64,000 bases of DNA from Histomonas meleagridis 2922-C6/04-290x (lineage: Eukaryota; Protista; Parabasalia), in NCBI GenBank assembly GCA_020184695.1, contig JAANOX010000087.1, positions 124,001 to 188,000 of the forward strand, given 5' to 3'. The position numbers and the translations under genes were made by a program. Under the pieces are notes generated by a model. The model made no database searches and was not told the DNA's origin. It was given only the letters and a program-made list of their open reading frames with translations. Below, piece after piece: positions 1-11,307 of the stretch. The first letter of the stretch is position 1. Each line of letters begins with the position of its first letter.

Positions 1-591
1 TTAATAGTATTCGACTGAGTGCATAGTTAAATGAATATGGAAAAAATAAATTAATAAGTTTTATTGTAGATTCAATTGAATCAGAAATATTACTTTCCTC
101 TAAACCAAAAACAATATTATCAAGCGAATTTAATATATGAATGCATTCGCTGCTTGGAATTGATTCAACATTATTTGTGCTCATGGCTCGAAAATTTTCC
201 CTCTCGAAAAAAATTTGAACCCGCAAATCTCGTTTCAATTTTGACGGAAACCGGGGAGTGGTGCTCAGAAATTTGGCCGGTTTTATCGCAGCAATTGAAT
301 TTGGCGTGAATTGTATATCAAAAAGTTCCATCGTCTTTAACTGGCACCAACTTAATTTTGGAGATAAATGTGTTTTATTTTTAGGTGATTATAAAAAATG
401 ACAACTTCTTTCCTAGTGAATACTCTTTGATTGTATCAGGAAAAGGCAATACAGTGATAAACTCGATTCTTTTTATATCTGAAAGTTAATATTATCACAT
501 AATGAATTTTAGCAACATAATTTTATATAATTTTTTATGTCATAAGCTTTATAAATTCATTAAGAATAAAAAATTCGAATCAATACGCTAT

Positions 592-1536
592 TTATGCAAT
601 TGGAACGCAAGCCATTGATGCAACACCACATTGGTTGTTCTTGTCCTTGATCATACGGATGTAGCCATCTTCACCCCATGAAGTGCCCCATGAGTTACGA
701 ACGATCCAATAGTTTGTTGTACCTTCTGTTCCATAGCCAACGCAGCCAACGCCGTGATCGAGTGATGTTGATGAGCAACGTGTTTCATCATAGATACCAC
801 TTGAATAAAGTTGGAAGCTGAAGTGTGAAGCATCGATAGCAATGCATGTTGGGCCATAGTTTGTTACCTTAGCAGCGAGATCTTCTTCATCATATTCAGC
901 AACTTCGACATAGCTTGAGATTGAACCGACAGCCTTTGATGCATCGAATTTGCATGTTCCTTGAACTGCCTTGTATGGATAATCATCTTCAAGCATGAAT
1001 TTACCATCTTGGTATTTGATAACATAATCATATGCAGATGTCATGAGACCGCCATTGCATCCATAGCATGTTGTAACGCAATCAACAAGGTTTTGTTCGG
1101 ATAATGAATGGAGTTTACCTGTCTTTAAGAAGTATGCGCCTTCAGCACCTTGGATAGCAGAGAATGCCCAGCATGAACCGCAGCTAGCTTGATCCTTGAT
1201 ATCATTAACAGCACCTTTTTCACGCCAGTCGAGGGAACCATTGGTCTTGAAGTTTGATTTCTTAGCTTTGCTAGTTTTGATTTGTGGAACAAATCCAAGA
1301 AGTGATTTGTATTCAGATGGTGTATAAGCAGAGAATTTGTTCATTGAGAGCTTGAAGGTAGAGGCTTGGTTGTGTTCTTGAACAAGACGTTGGTTGGCCA
1401 TCCAGACACCAAAACGTGTTTGATATTCATCACCAGTATAGATTTGGTTGGTTGAACGCATCCATGAAACAAAAGATTTTTCTTCGTGTTCTCGGTAATA
1501 AGCTGAGAATGCAGCAGATAAGAGCAAACTTAACAT
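592..1536 (-). CDS. Cathepsin L-like papain-family cysteine protease (signal peptide, I29 prodomain, C1A domain)
   Basis: QASCGSCWAF catalytic Cys, LDHGV His and WIVRNSWG Asn motifs. First ATG at 1536 (MLSLLLSAAFS signal peptide); the ORF-track start at 1560 is a non-ATG codon. Confidence 0.95.
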   Translation of the reverse strand: MLSLLLSAAFSAYYREHEEKSFVSWMRSTNQIYTGDEYQTRFGVWMANQRLVQEHNQASTFKLSMNKFSAYTPSEYKSLLGFVPQIKTSKAKKSNFKTNGSLDWREKGAVNDIKDQASCGSCWAFSAIQGAEGAYFLKTGKLHSLSEQNLVDCVTTCYGCNGGLMTSAYDYVIKYQDGKFMLEDDYPYKAVQGTCKFDASKAVGSISSYVEVAEYDEEDLAAKVTNYGPTCIAIDASHFSFQLYSSGIYDETRCSSTSLDHGVGCVGYGTEGTTNYWIVRNSWGTSWGEDGYIRMIKDKNNQCGVASMACVPIA

Positions 1537-2120
1537 TTTGTGAAGCAAAAAGCCCCTCAACTGGTGCCATCAAAATTTGAACCAAGTGGTTAACTCCCCT
1601 TCATTGAAAAAACAAACCGAAACTATTGAATTTTAGTTATGAAAAAGTCGGATGATATGAAGAATTATCGACACATCGTAATGATTTTTATCTACTGATA
1701 TGGTCTTCTTTAAAGCTTAATAATTATCAACATTTAATTATTACATAAGCACAACATAAAGAGAGGATGAAAATAAACTTTATTATAGTCAAATTATGAT
1801 ACTACTAATAAATATGATTTTATTTACTATGAGAGATTTCATTTTAACTATTGCATCTAAAAGCCTGGATTTGTTAATTTATTACCAAATTGTGATTATT
1901 ATGTTTCTCAACTTTTATCATAAATTTATCATTTAAATTTGGAATATGAAACCAATAAATTAACGTCAATATGAACATTCAAAATATAGGACAAATAATC
2001 GTTTTATCTGCCTTATGAATAATTTTCTTGAAATCCAATTTGATTATGCACAATGACACCACTTAACAAATTAGAATATAATATTTATTGAATTTATTTT
2101 TATTGACATAACTATTACTA

Positions 2121-4646
2121 TTACCACGTTGTTTTCACCATTTCGTTGTACTTATTCAATGTTTTCAACAGCATTGAAATAGCCGAACAAAACACCGTTA
2201 AGCATTGAATGTCAGCCCCAGAAACGATAGAAAACAAATTTTCGTTACTTAACAAAAAGTGGTCAACAAATTTACCCAAACCGTAAATGTGTTTCACTTT
2301 TGTTGACAACAGAACCCACATAACGAACAAGTCGAAACTGATTTTAGTTTCCTCTTTCAAATCTCTCAAAAAGTTGATTGTGTACGATAGATAATATATC
2401 GTTATCGCAATTCCAGAGGTTTGTCTGATGTGGCCCAACGTATCTGCGGCTCTTTTTAGGAACTTTTGGACAAGTTCAAATCCAGCGCCGATCTCATTTT
2501 CGATTTCGGCTAAAATTTTTTTGGAATGTTCATCAATGACTTTTGTCACGATTACAGATCTTTTCCAAAATGTCTTTTCATTATGTAAAAACCTTTTAAG
2601 TGTTATGTGCTCTGTCATCCGATTAAATAGTATCCGTGTAACTTCGAATTGTTGTTCATTTGTTAACTTAATGATGTCTGTTAACGTTTCGGCCATTGTC
2701 GTTACATTTTTGGTAGCACTTGTAAAGATTTTTGGATCAGTTATAAACAACGCGCTGTTGGACATTGAGTTCTTGAATGGTCCATTGATATCGGTTTTAA
2801 TCATCGCGGTTGAAATTGCAATTAATATATGACCTTGGACATTAGCTCTCATTGTTTTAACTATTTCTAACGCCGAATTTAAGCGCTGCATTTGTGTCCG
2901 TAATGAAGAAGTTTTATCTGCTTCATTCATAATCATTTGATTTCGTATATCTGCTGTTGATTTAATGTCTTTAAGTAACTTGTCGAATGAACTTATGTTT
3001 GATATCGCATGATATAACACTGTATCAAATCTAATGAAGTTTTGTTCAGGGACAAAATGATTTAATAACAATCGAATGTAACTTAAAAAAGATGGTACGT
3101 CATCAGAAGGAAACATATTTAATATTTTTTCAAATGACGGTAAGGCAGATATTGTGTCGCAAAAGAATTGCGCGTAATCGTCATTCGTTTTCTCGGGCAA
3201 CTTGCCAGCGGTTATCACCGGTGAATTGCTCGAGAAAAGTGACGACCCAGATGAAGCGTATTGTTTTGCGCTTATTGTAATTTCTTTCTGTCTTTGGAGG
3301 ACTATTCGGAAATGTTCATATGAAAGTTGGTTCTTAGCAATTACATTATCGAGTAATACAATCAATTTTTTTAACTCTGGACTAGCTACAATATCTGGTA
3401 TAGTTAAAATGGCCTTATGAAGATAACGCAAATCGATTCCATTTATAATAATTTCCTTTTGGAAGTTCGGATTAGTACTTAAAAGTTCTTTTTCCATAAT
3501 TAATGTAGTCCTTGGAATCTTATCATCTACTAAAGCATCAAGAAATACATTCATATCAATCGTGGCATATGATGGAAACGAAACTAATATCTTTTCTAGT
3601 GGCTGATAAGTCTTCGTCTTGAATAAATAACAATATTTCGATCGGAATACTGATGTGATATCATGAGTAGGCGACCATTCGGCTGTTCCTGGATTCCATG
3701 GAACTATGCCTAAGATCGATGGGTTATCAAGCGCTTGATTGATGAATGCTTCGAAAAATAGTAAAATGCATTTGTCATTTCCATTTTCGGTTTGCCGAAT
3801 ATATGAAAATAAGCGTGGTACTCCTGCAGGGAGAAGCTCTAGACAACGCATTAATGAGTTAAAACATAATGCAGCGTTATCACAAATGACTCGCCAATAA
3901 TTAAATGACGAAAATAATCGGGTTTCTAAATCAAGTTGAAAGGTATTACGCATATCTCGAAGAGCTGGTAATGAGTTTAAGATGGTTATTACTTGGCTAA
4001 GTGAGTTTTGGAGATATGCAAATGACGAACAATTAAATAGATAGGATGTAACAAAGGATGTGAGTGGCTCCAGGCCAGAAAGAATATACTCAGGAGAAGA
4101 AAGTGGGCTCTTAAGAGAATTTGGTGGATCCTTAACTGTGATTCTTACATTTTTTTCGAATTGAATTTTTGCAAGCTCTATCAAAGTATTGCATAAATAT
4201 TGATCTTCCTCTTGGCACCAACCTTGTTGGAATATACCAGTGAAGGTGGAATAAGCAAATCGTGCAATCTTTTGTGGATAATTTAATGTATAATAATAGA
4301 TGCATTGAGCAAGAATTTGTGGTTTGTATCTGAGTAAGGAAAGGAGATTAACAAAATGATTTAGTTTGTTAGTTTCTATAAAAATTGGACAATATTCAAA
4401 AACTGAAAATTTTAGTCCTTGTAAGTATTGATGATATTTTAACATATCCTTCTTCTTTGAGATGATTTTAGAACGAACAATTGATAATAGTTTTAGTTCA
4501 CATATCAGATTACCAATGCTTGAAATTATGTTCGAAGAAAATTGTTCCTGCTTTGAAAGTTGTGAATCCAAGAGTTGCTCAACAACAAATAACTTTGATT
4601 GGATCTTTGCTAATTTTTGAAGAGATGTTTTTTCATTGGATTCCAT
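2121..4646 (-). CDS. 841-aa protein, possibly GAPVD1/RME-6-like (RasGAP-like N-terminal region, VPS9-like C-terminus)
   Basis: Long ATG-initiated ORF. The domain call rests only on weak resemblance (LLRYKPQILAQ, helical C-terminus). Confidence 0.4.
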   Translation of the reverse strand: MESNEKTSLQKLAKIQSKLFVVEQLLDSQLSKQEQFSSNIISSIGNLICELKLLSIVRSKIISKKKDMLKYHQYLQGLKFSVFEYCPIFIETNKLNHFVNLLSLLRYKPQILAQCIYYYTLNYPQKIARFAYSTFTGIFQQGWCQEEDQYLCNTLIELAKIQFEKNVRITVKDPPNSLKSPLSSPEYILSGLEPLTSFVTSYLFNCSSFAYLQNSLSQVITILNSLPALRDMRNTFQLDLETRLFSSFNYWRVICDNAALCFNSLMRCLELLPAGVPRLFSYIRQTENGNDKCILLFFEAFINQALDNPSILGIVPWNPGTAEWSPTHDITSVFRSKYCYLFKTKTYQPLEKILVSFPSYATIDMNVFLDALVDDKIPRTTLIMEKELLSTNPNFQKEIIINGIDLRYLHKAILTIPDIVASPELKKLIVLLDNVIAKNQLSYEHFRIVLQRQKEITISAKQYASSGSSLFSSNSPVITAGKLPEKTNDDYAQFFCDTISALPSFEKILNMFPSDDVPSFLSYIRLLLNHFVPEQNFIRFDTVLYHAISNISSFDKLLKDIKSTADIRNQMIMNEADKTSSLRTQMQRLNSALEIVKTMRANVQGHILIAISTAMIKTDINGPFKNSMSNSALFITDPKIFTSATKNVTTMAETLTDIIKLTNEQQFEVTRILFNRMTEHITLKRFLHNEKTFWKRSVIVTKVIDEHSKKILAEIENEIGAGFELVQKFLKRAADTLGHIRQTSGIAITIYYLSYTINFLRDLKEETKISFDLFVMWVLLSTKVKHIYGLGKFVDHFLLSNENLFSIVSGADIQCLTVFCSAISMLLKTLNKYNEMVKTTW

Positions 4647-5194
4647 ATTTTTTGCTTAATTGACGCCGTTCTGAAATGTAATCTTTCAAACAACAAAATT
4701 GTAAACCATTTACAAAAAATTCACTGAACTTTGTTCGAATTGCTGTCAGCATCAAAATCGATTATTGAGATAAGAATATTTTTACTAGCATTCAAATACA
4801 ATTAGCAGAAAATATGAAAAAATATTAGCATTATTTTTGTGATCAGAAAATGTTTTTAGAGAAAAAGAAACTTTTGCTGATTATACTAACCGTTGTTGTA
4901 AAAAAATTCAAAATTTGACAACTTATTAACGGTTATGACGAAAATCAGACTAATATTATCTAAAAGTGAATCATTCTATAAAAGAATTTAAGTACCGTTA
5001 AAAGTAACGTCCAGAAAAAATGATATCTATGCAATAATTGAATTTATGAATCTTCGTCTGTAGCAAAGAGAGATCTGCATTTTGATGACAGTTTCATCTA
5101 AACTTGAAAGGATTGCGATGACCATTCGTCGTTTCATTGTTTTTATGCACAGAATTACATTAACTACAAAAACATTTCACATGTTTCAAACTAT

Positions 5195-6907
5195 TTAATC
5201 AAGTGTTGTGTATCCATCGTCGTCATCCACAACTTCATTTTCCATTTCAACATTTGCAGCTGGTGGTGCATATGATACATTTTGTTGCTCATTTTGTACA
5301 ATTTGTTTATGTTCCTTTAACTCGCGTTCGCTCTCCTTAATGGAATTGTATAAATTCGACTTTGCGCCCGTCTTAGTCACAAATGGATTCGGGCGCGGTG
5401 CATCGTCGTCGTCGCTTTCGTCGTCCGCGGGCAGCACAACATTCGCATCAGCATCGTCGTCATCGTCATCATCATCGCCCCAAAAGTCGTCGTCGTCGTC
5501 ATCTGCAATTTCTTCCTTTTTCACTGTTTCATTATTAGTCTTTACGAATGGATTTGGCTTCGGCTGTTCATTATTTGCTTTAGCTGTTTCGTTGTTGGCT
5601 TTGACGAATGGATTTGGCTTCGGCTGCTCATTATTTGCTTTAACAGTTTCGTTGTTGGCTTTGACGAATGGATTTGGCTTCGGCTGTTCGCTGTCATCGT
5701 CGTCGCTTCCCCAGAAATCTTTTTCTTCGTCATCTGATTTATTATTGCTCGTAACTTTCTGCTTTGGTAATTTGTTTTCTTTTTCCTCAGCCTTTTGTGG
5801 TTTCACAAATGGGTTTTGTTTCGGCGTTTCCTTTTTCTCGCTCTCTTCGATGTGCGCACTGCTTCTTCGCGGCTTCACAAGCGGATTTGGCTTCAGAACT
5901 TCTTCGTCACTGTCGTCCAAGTGTGCACTGATTCTCCTTTGCTGCGTAATCGGTTTCGGCTTTGGCTCTTCCTCTTCTTGGCTTTCGTGATGCGCTTGTC
6001 TTCGAACGACTTTTCTTCGAATTACTTTCTTTTGCTTTTGCGGTTGTTGTGTTGTTTCTATTGAGCCATTTGGTGTCTGTTGTTGTTGTTGCTGTTGTGC
6101 TGTTTGTTGTGGATTTGCATTTTGTTGTTTGTGGATTTGTACTGGAACTTTTGGCATGTGCGATGCAGCAGTCTCTGGATCAATGAAATATTGTGCTGAC
6201 GATGCGTAGTCAGCAATTTTGACTTCGAGATCGGATTCAAGGCTTTTGAATAAGTTGTAGTACATGCGCTTCTTGGATGAAATGAGTGGAAGATTTAGCC
6301 ATGAGGCTATCATAGATAAGCCTTGAGATAGTTTAAGACTACCTGGGACATAGAAGTAACGACCAATATATTCTCGAAGTGGAATTGGAATGGTTGGATC
6401 TGAATTATCAACATCCATAAAATTCGAGAAAATAAGTATGGGAATGGATGGTGGGGCTTCCTTGAGAATGTTGACAGCAAGAGTAACAGTATCTGGAAAA
6501 CGATGATCAATCATTATTATTAATCCATCAGCTCGTTTGAAAGTATCAATGGTAGTTGAGTCAGGGCAATCAAACTTTTCATGGGCGTCAACTGGGAGAA
6601 GAGCTTTTTCAACAACATCCCAAGATGTAATATTGACGTTCTCGCCTTGAGGAGTTTTCCATAGAAATTCTGTGGCTTCAAGGTGAGGAGTGGCTGTGTA
6701 TTCTTCATTGAAATCAAGGCCTCTCATGCAAGTGATGAGAGTACTCTTACCAGTTCGCCTCATGCCACGAACTACTATCAATAATTCATGATCTGTTTTT
6801 GGGCGCACGGGCGCAGGCCTTTGTACTGATGGGTTACTTTGAGATTGATTTGGAATACTAGGTTTTTGTTGCTGAATCCCAGCAGCAGTTGATTCTTCGT
6901 TTCCCAT
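5195..6907 (-). CDS. RABL6/PARF-like atypical small GTPase with a long acidic, NPF-repeat tail
   Basis: ATG at 6907 (MGNEES). P-loop-like RGMRRTGKST, ITSWDVVEK switch-like motif, Asp-rich tail, five NPF motifs. Confidence 0.6.
   Translation of the reverse strand: MGNEESTAAGIQQQKPSIPNQSQSNPSVQRPAPVRPKTDHELLIVVRGMRRTGKSTLITCMRGLDFNEEYTATPHLEATEFLWKTPQGENVNITSWDVVEKALLPVDAHEKFDCPDSTTIDTFKRADGLIIMIDHRFPDTVTLAVNILKEAPPSIPILIFSNFMDVDNSDPTIPIPLREYIGRYFYVPGSLKLSQGLSMIASWLNLPLISSKKRMYYNLFKSLESDLEVKIADYASSAQYFIDPETAASHMPKVPVQIHKQQNANPQQTAQQQQQQQTPNGSIETTQQPQKQKKVIRRKVVRRQAHHESQEEEEPKPKPITQQRRISAHLDDSDEEVLKPNPLVKPRRSSAHIEESEKKETPKQNPFVKPQKAEEKENKLPKQKVTSNNKSDDEEKDFWGSDDDDSEQPKPNPFVKANNETVKANNEQPKPNPFVKANNETAKANNEQPKPNPFVKTNNETVKKEEIADDDDDDFWGDDDDDDDDADANVVLPADDESDDDDAPRPNPFVTKTGAKSNLYNSIKESERELKEHKQIVQNEQQNVSYAPPAANVEMENEVVDDDDGYTTLD
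5520..5700 (-). repeat. 60-nt (20-aa) coding tandem repeat QPKPNPFVKANNET(V/A)KANNE, about 3 copies
   Basis: (C/T)TT(T/G)ACGAATGGATTTGGCTTCGGCTG recurs at about 5540, 5600 and 5660. Confidence 0.9.
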
Positions 6908-7163
6908 TATAAATAAACGGTCGTAATGATCGTTCAACGGAAATATAAAAAACAAATTATTAAAATATAAAAAAACATAAATCAAATCATTTTACGCCCA
7001 TGCATAAACATTACTTCCTTCTTTCCTTTAAAAAAGGTGCACTAAAACCTGAAACAATAATAAATGTTACATGTTTAAATTGATTGATGAATCCAGTTTC
7101 AAAAAAAAAGTAATTAAAAAATTATTTTATTAACATCTGTATATTGTTTTTTGGTTGCAAGTC

Positions 7164-7535
7164 CTACTGGCGAAGAAAAAAAACCATTAATAACAGAAGT
7201 GATATTGGAAAAATTGTTAATGCGACATCAAACCACCTATTTTCTTCTGTATTTTCTAAAAGCATTTGAAGTATACTAGGATTTTTTTGTTTTTGTTCAT
7301 TTGCATTATTTAATGGTTTTGGTAAATGCCGTACTTCTTGGTTTGAATCAAATGTATGTCCATATACAGGTGTAAGCATTTCTTCATCAATTTTGGAATT
7401 GCATATTGGACATTTATTATTATATTTTAAATGTCGTGTTATGCACGAACAACAAAAAATATGGCCACATTGCGTTACAACAGGGGACCTTAATGAATTA
7501 TTGCATATTTGGCAGCACCATTTTTTCTTTCCCAT
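7164..7535 (-). CDS. C3HC4 RING E3 ligase with C-terminal TM helix (RNF5/RNF185-like)
   Basis: CQIC...CGHIFCCSC...CPIC and a hydrophobic C-terminus. Confidence 0.8.
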   Translation of the reverse strand: MGKKKWCCQICNNSLRSPVVTQCGHIFCCSCITRHLKYNNKCPICNSKIDEEMLTPVYGHTFDSNQEVRHLPKPLNNANEQKQKNPSILQMLLENTEENRWFDVALTIFPISLLLLMVFFLRQ

Positions 7536-7755
7536 TAGGTCTCCAAATGAAATTAAAACCGCTATTTCTTTTCAAAAAATGATCGTAAATTATTTCAAAA
7601 AGTCATAACTTTTTCAAAAAAGGACAGTTTAAAAAAATTAGAAATTGGTAAATTTACCATTTTGTACAAAGAAAGTTATTAATCTAATTGATTTATCTCT
7701 TAATTTCATTGACTGTTAATGATCTTTAAATTTATAAAAATTATTTTATTAACAT

Positions 7756-8127
7756 TCAAAAATCACCAAAATTAAAATTATCATTAAAAAACAAGTTTTC
7801 CTGATTTTGCTCTTCGAAGGCATCTTCAAATCCATCAAAATTATCATCTTTGCCATTATAATCAATGAAAAAGTCTATTGAAGGTTCTTTATCTTCAAAT
7901 GATTTGAAATCATCAAAATTGTCTTGGAATTGAAAAGGCATAAATTCTGGACTTTTAAGTTTGTTTTCCTTTGCTCTTTTTTCGTTTTTTGTTTCTTTAT
8001 TTTGATCATCTTTTTGAATAATTTCTTTTTGTTCTTCTTCTTCTTCAGCAATGAAATGACATGGTACTCTTCTTTTTTCTGCATATGTTTTTGTATGAGA
8101 GAAACTTCTAAAACGATTCGGTCTCAT
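7756..8127 (-). CDS. Hypothetical acidic protein, 123 aa
   Basis: ATG-initiated ORF with no recognised domain. Confidence 0.5.
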   Translation of the reverse strand: MRPNRFRSFSHTKTYAEKRRVPCHFIAEEEEEQKEIIQKDDQNKETKNEKRAKENKLKSPEFMPFQFQDNFDDFKSFEDKEPSIDFFIDYNGKDDNFDGFEDAFEEQNQENLFFNDNFNFGDF

Positions 8128-8643
8128 TATTGTGAAATGATAACGTGAACCTAATTCATAGTAAAATCTTTAATATAAAATTGAATTGGACAAGATTTTG
8201 GGTTATTTTTTAAAAATTTTGGTATCTCTTGTTTTATGCAGAATAAAGAAAAAGTAAAGTTTAATCAATTTAGCGAAATACATTCAGATAAATGATAATC
8301 AGAATACTGGTAGCATTGTATTATGTTTAATATAAGCTCGAAATATAGTGTTAAAGTAAAATTATTATTGTTGTTCCCCAGTAATATGGCAATTTTATCC
8401 AAAAAGAGTTACACATTAAATATATAATTCAAGATATTTTATAATTCATGATATTCAATTTGAATTTGCTTGGCACGAACCAATGTTATTTACTCATTAT
8501 ACCATGTGTTTAGCTATAAATTTTCTTTCACATTTCAACACTGATAATTATTTTTAAAAAAGATTTATTAATTTAATAATAGAACATTTAAAAGTAGGGC
8601 TCATTGGAAAAAACAAATGTAATATAAAGTACTTAAAATGTAT

Positions 8644-9030
8644 TTACTCTGCATTGAATTTAGCAACAGCTTTTCCTCCTTCTGATACAGCATGCTTAGC
8701 AAGATCTCCTGGAAGAACAAGACGAACAGCTGTTTGTATTTCACGAGATCCAAGTGTGTTTCGATCATTCATATCAACAAGACGGGCACCTTCTCTTGCA
8801 ATACGTTCAAAGATATCAGTAACAAAGTTGTTCATTACTAGCATTGCCTTGTTTGAGATACCAATGTCTGGGTGAACTTGTTTAAGAACTTTGAAAATGT
8901 AAGATGAGAAAGATTCATTTCTCTTCTTATGACGTTGCTTCTTTTCTTTTTCGGTTTCAGCTGGAGCTTCTCCTTCAACGGCTGGCTTCTTTTCTGTTGG
9001 TGTCTTTGATGCTGGTTTTTTAGTTGACAT
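8644..9030 (-). CDS. H2B: Histone H2B
   Basis: [21 protein letters not shown]...[23 protein letters not shown] histone fold. Confidence 0.98.
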   Translation of the reverse strand: MSTKKPASKTPTEKKPAVEGEAPAETEKEKKQRHKKRNESFSSYIFKVLKQVHPDIGISNKAMLVMNNFVTDIFERIAREGARLVDMNDRNTLGSREIQTAVRLVLPGDLAKHAVSEGGKAVAKFNAE

Positions 9031-9174
9031 AATATAAAAATGAAAAATTTTACCCGCGCTTCACCATGATCAATTTTTTCAATGCTGTCGTTTTACTCCT
9101 GCAATATTTCAATACATGCCAAGGGCGCCTTTTTCTGTATGAACCGCGGGAAAAAAATAAGTTCATAATTTTAG

Positions 9175-9576
9175 ATGCCAGCTAAGAAAGGTGTTAAGAA
9201 AACAGCTACAAAGACAGCAGTTGATGGAGAACGTGCTCATCCAAAGACAAGATCAAGTCGTGCAGGTCTTCAATTTCCAGTAGGTCGTTTACATCGTTTC
9301 CTTCGTGAAGGTCGTTATGGAGATCGTGTTGGTGCAGGCGCTCCAGTCTTCATGGCAGCAGTTCTTGAATATCTTACAGTCGAAGTTCTTGAACTTGCCG
9401 GAAATGCAGCTCGCGATAATAAGAAGACAAGAATTTCACCACGTCACATTATGCTTGCAATACGCAATGATGAAGAATTGAACCAACTTCTTTCTAATAT
9501 CACAATTGCATCTGCAGGTGTTGTTCCACATATTCACAAGGTTCTTCTTGGTCAAACAAAGAAGAAGGAAGAATAA
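9175..9576 (+). CDS. H2A: Histone H2A, divergently transcribed from H2B (144-bp intergenic)
   Basis: [12 protein letters not shown]...[30 protein letters not shown]. Confidence 0.98.
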   Translation: MPAKKGVKKTATKTAVDGERAHPKTRSSRAGLQFPVGRLHRFLREGRYGDRVGAGAPVFMAAVLEYLTVEVLELAGNAARDNKKTRISPRHIMLAIRNDEELNQLLSNITIASAGVVPHIHKVLLGQTKKKEE

Positions 9577-9911
9577 ACATGTTTTTCGCCTAATATAGTA
9601 AAAAAATTGGTTGATTATTTGTTGCATATTTTGGTTAACCAAAAGCAGCTTGTAAACATTTTCTTTAGAGTCAGAGTAATCAATTAGAAAAAGTTTTTGA
9701 CTAAGAAATATTAAAAAAAATAATATGATAATCATTTATTAAAATTTGATACTCTGTATAACATAATGCTCAAATTACAACAACTTTTTTTAAAAGAAAA
9801 GAGAATTCTTATTTAGATTTAACAAGTAATTTGTTAAATGTTATTTTAACATATAACTGATTATATTGGTATGAATTCGTTTTCATTTCTGAATATAAAA
9901 ATTTGTTTCCT

Positions 9912-10035
9912 TCAAACTTCATCTAAATTTTCAGTTTCTGTTTTAAATTGTTCTTCTTTGATCTGTTTTTGAAGCTTAAAGTGATAAAATAAGAAACCGC
10001 CTAAGCAACAAATGAAAACCACACCATTAGAAATA
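9912..10035 (-). pseudogene. Orphaned 3' end of the MATE transporter gene (last TM helix and tail), cut off by the mariner insertion
   Basis: Removing the element and one TA restores the frame: ...HSYN-ISNGVVFICCLGGFLFYHFKLQKQIKEEQFKTETENLDEV* (TGA at 9912-9914). Confidence 0.85.
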
Positions 10036-10070
10036 TAGGGTGTTCAAAAAGTCATGACCCCCCCTCCTAT
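10036..10070 (+). repeat. Mariner left TIR
   Basis: TAGGGTGTTCAAAAAGTCATGACCCCCCCTCCTAT. Confidence 0.95.
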
Positions 10071-11307
10071 CTCAATGAATAAACAATTTTAGATATTCTT
10101 GTTTATTTATGTGATATAGTATTCTCCATTGTTTTCTATTATCCACTTCAATCTTTTGATCCATTCCAAGAACACGCTTTGAAGCTCTTCAAAATTGACG
10201 TGTTCCCATGCCGTTAAAATTTGAGTTTTTTTAATTGATTTTTCGATTTTATCTCTTTATCTACCAAATATTTTTTTAAATAACCAAATAACGAAAAGTC
10301 GCATGGGCTGATGTCAGTATAATAAGGTGGGTGCGGGAATGGATTTAAGCTTTATTTGATTTAATTTGTTGATGAATTAAATTTTCTTTGAGAACTTTAC
10401 AATTGTCCATATGAATCATCATTTGATCTAAGTCCAATTGATCCTCATCCTCATTTGTATTTTTAATTATTTCTTCAATAATATTATCGATGAAATAGCG
10501 TTGATTATATTTTTTTTTTTTTTTTATAAAATCAATGCATAATAGGGAATTTCCATTGAAGAACATTGTCAGCATGATTTTTTCACTGTCAATTTTCTTT
10601 TGGGTACGGGTTGGCACTTCATCTCGTGATGCTGCATACATATAAGAACTTTGATAATTAAAATAAAACCATGACTCATCCCCAGTCATTATATTAATGA
10701 AATTTTTCTTTTCCGCTTTTTTTCTAATATTTTTAAAATTGATTTTGTCATATTGTCTCTTTCCAATTTTTTTGTTCTTCCGTCAAATCATGGGGGACCC
10801 ATTTCCTAGTGAAGCGCCTCAACCCCATGTCCTCATAAAGAACTTTTTAATACAGTATTTGAGTCACTGATAATTGCTTTGCAATTAAGCGGGGCTGAAA
10901 TAAATGGTTGCTTTTGAAGAATTTTTTGAAATTGGATGAACAAGATCAGATGGGGGTCTCCCCTGTACGTTCCTCATCAAGGCATGAAAAAGTCACCATT
11001 TTTTTGAATTTTCTACACCACCCTTTTGACTGTACTTATATGAACTGTATTATTTCCCAAGACAGTGAACATTTCTCTGTATATGGCTTTGTATCTTTTT
11101 CTCCTGAGAGGAAGAGAAATTTAATAATGAATCTTTGTTCGACGGCATCCATGAAAAGTGACGGTTCTTCTCAAATTTTTGCGTCACCAAAATTTAAATT
11201 AAATTTTTTTCTCGATATGCAATTAATCAAAAATCACATATTTCACATATATAAGATCTTCATTAACTATATTTTAATATTATATGAATATTTTATTTAT
11301 AAACTAA

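Noticed and set aside
76-309. 77-aa ORF
   Set aside because: Non-ATG start and no recognisable motif.
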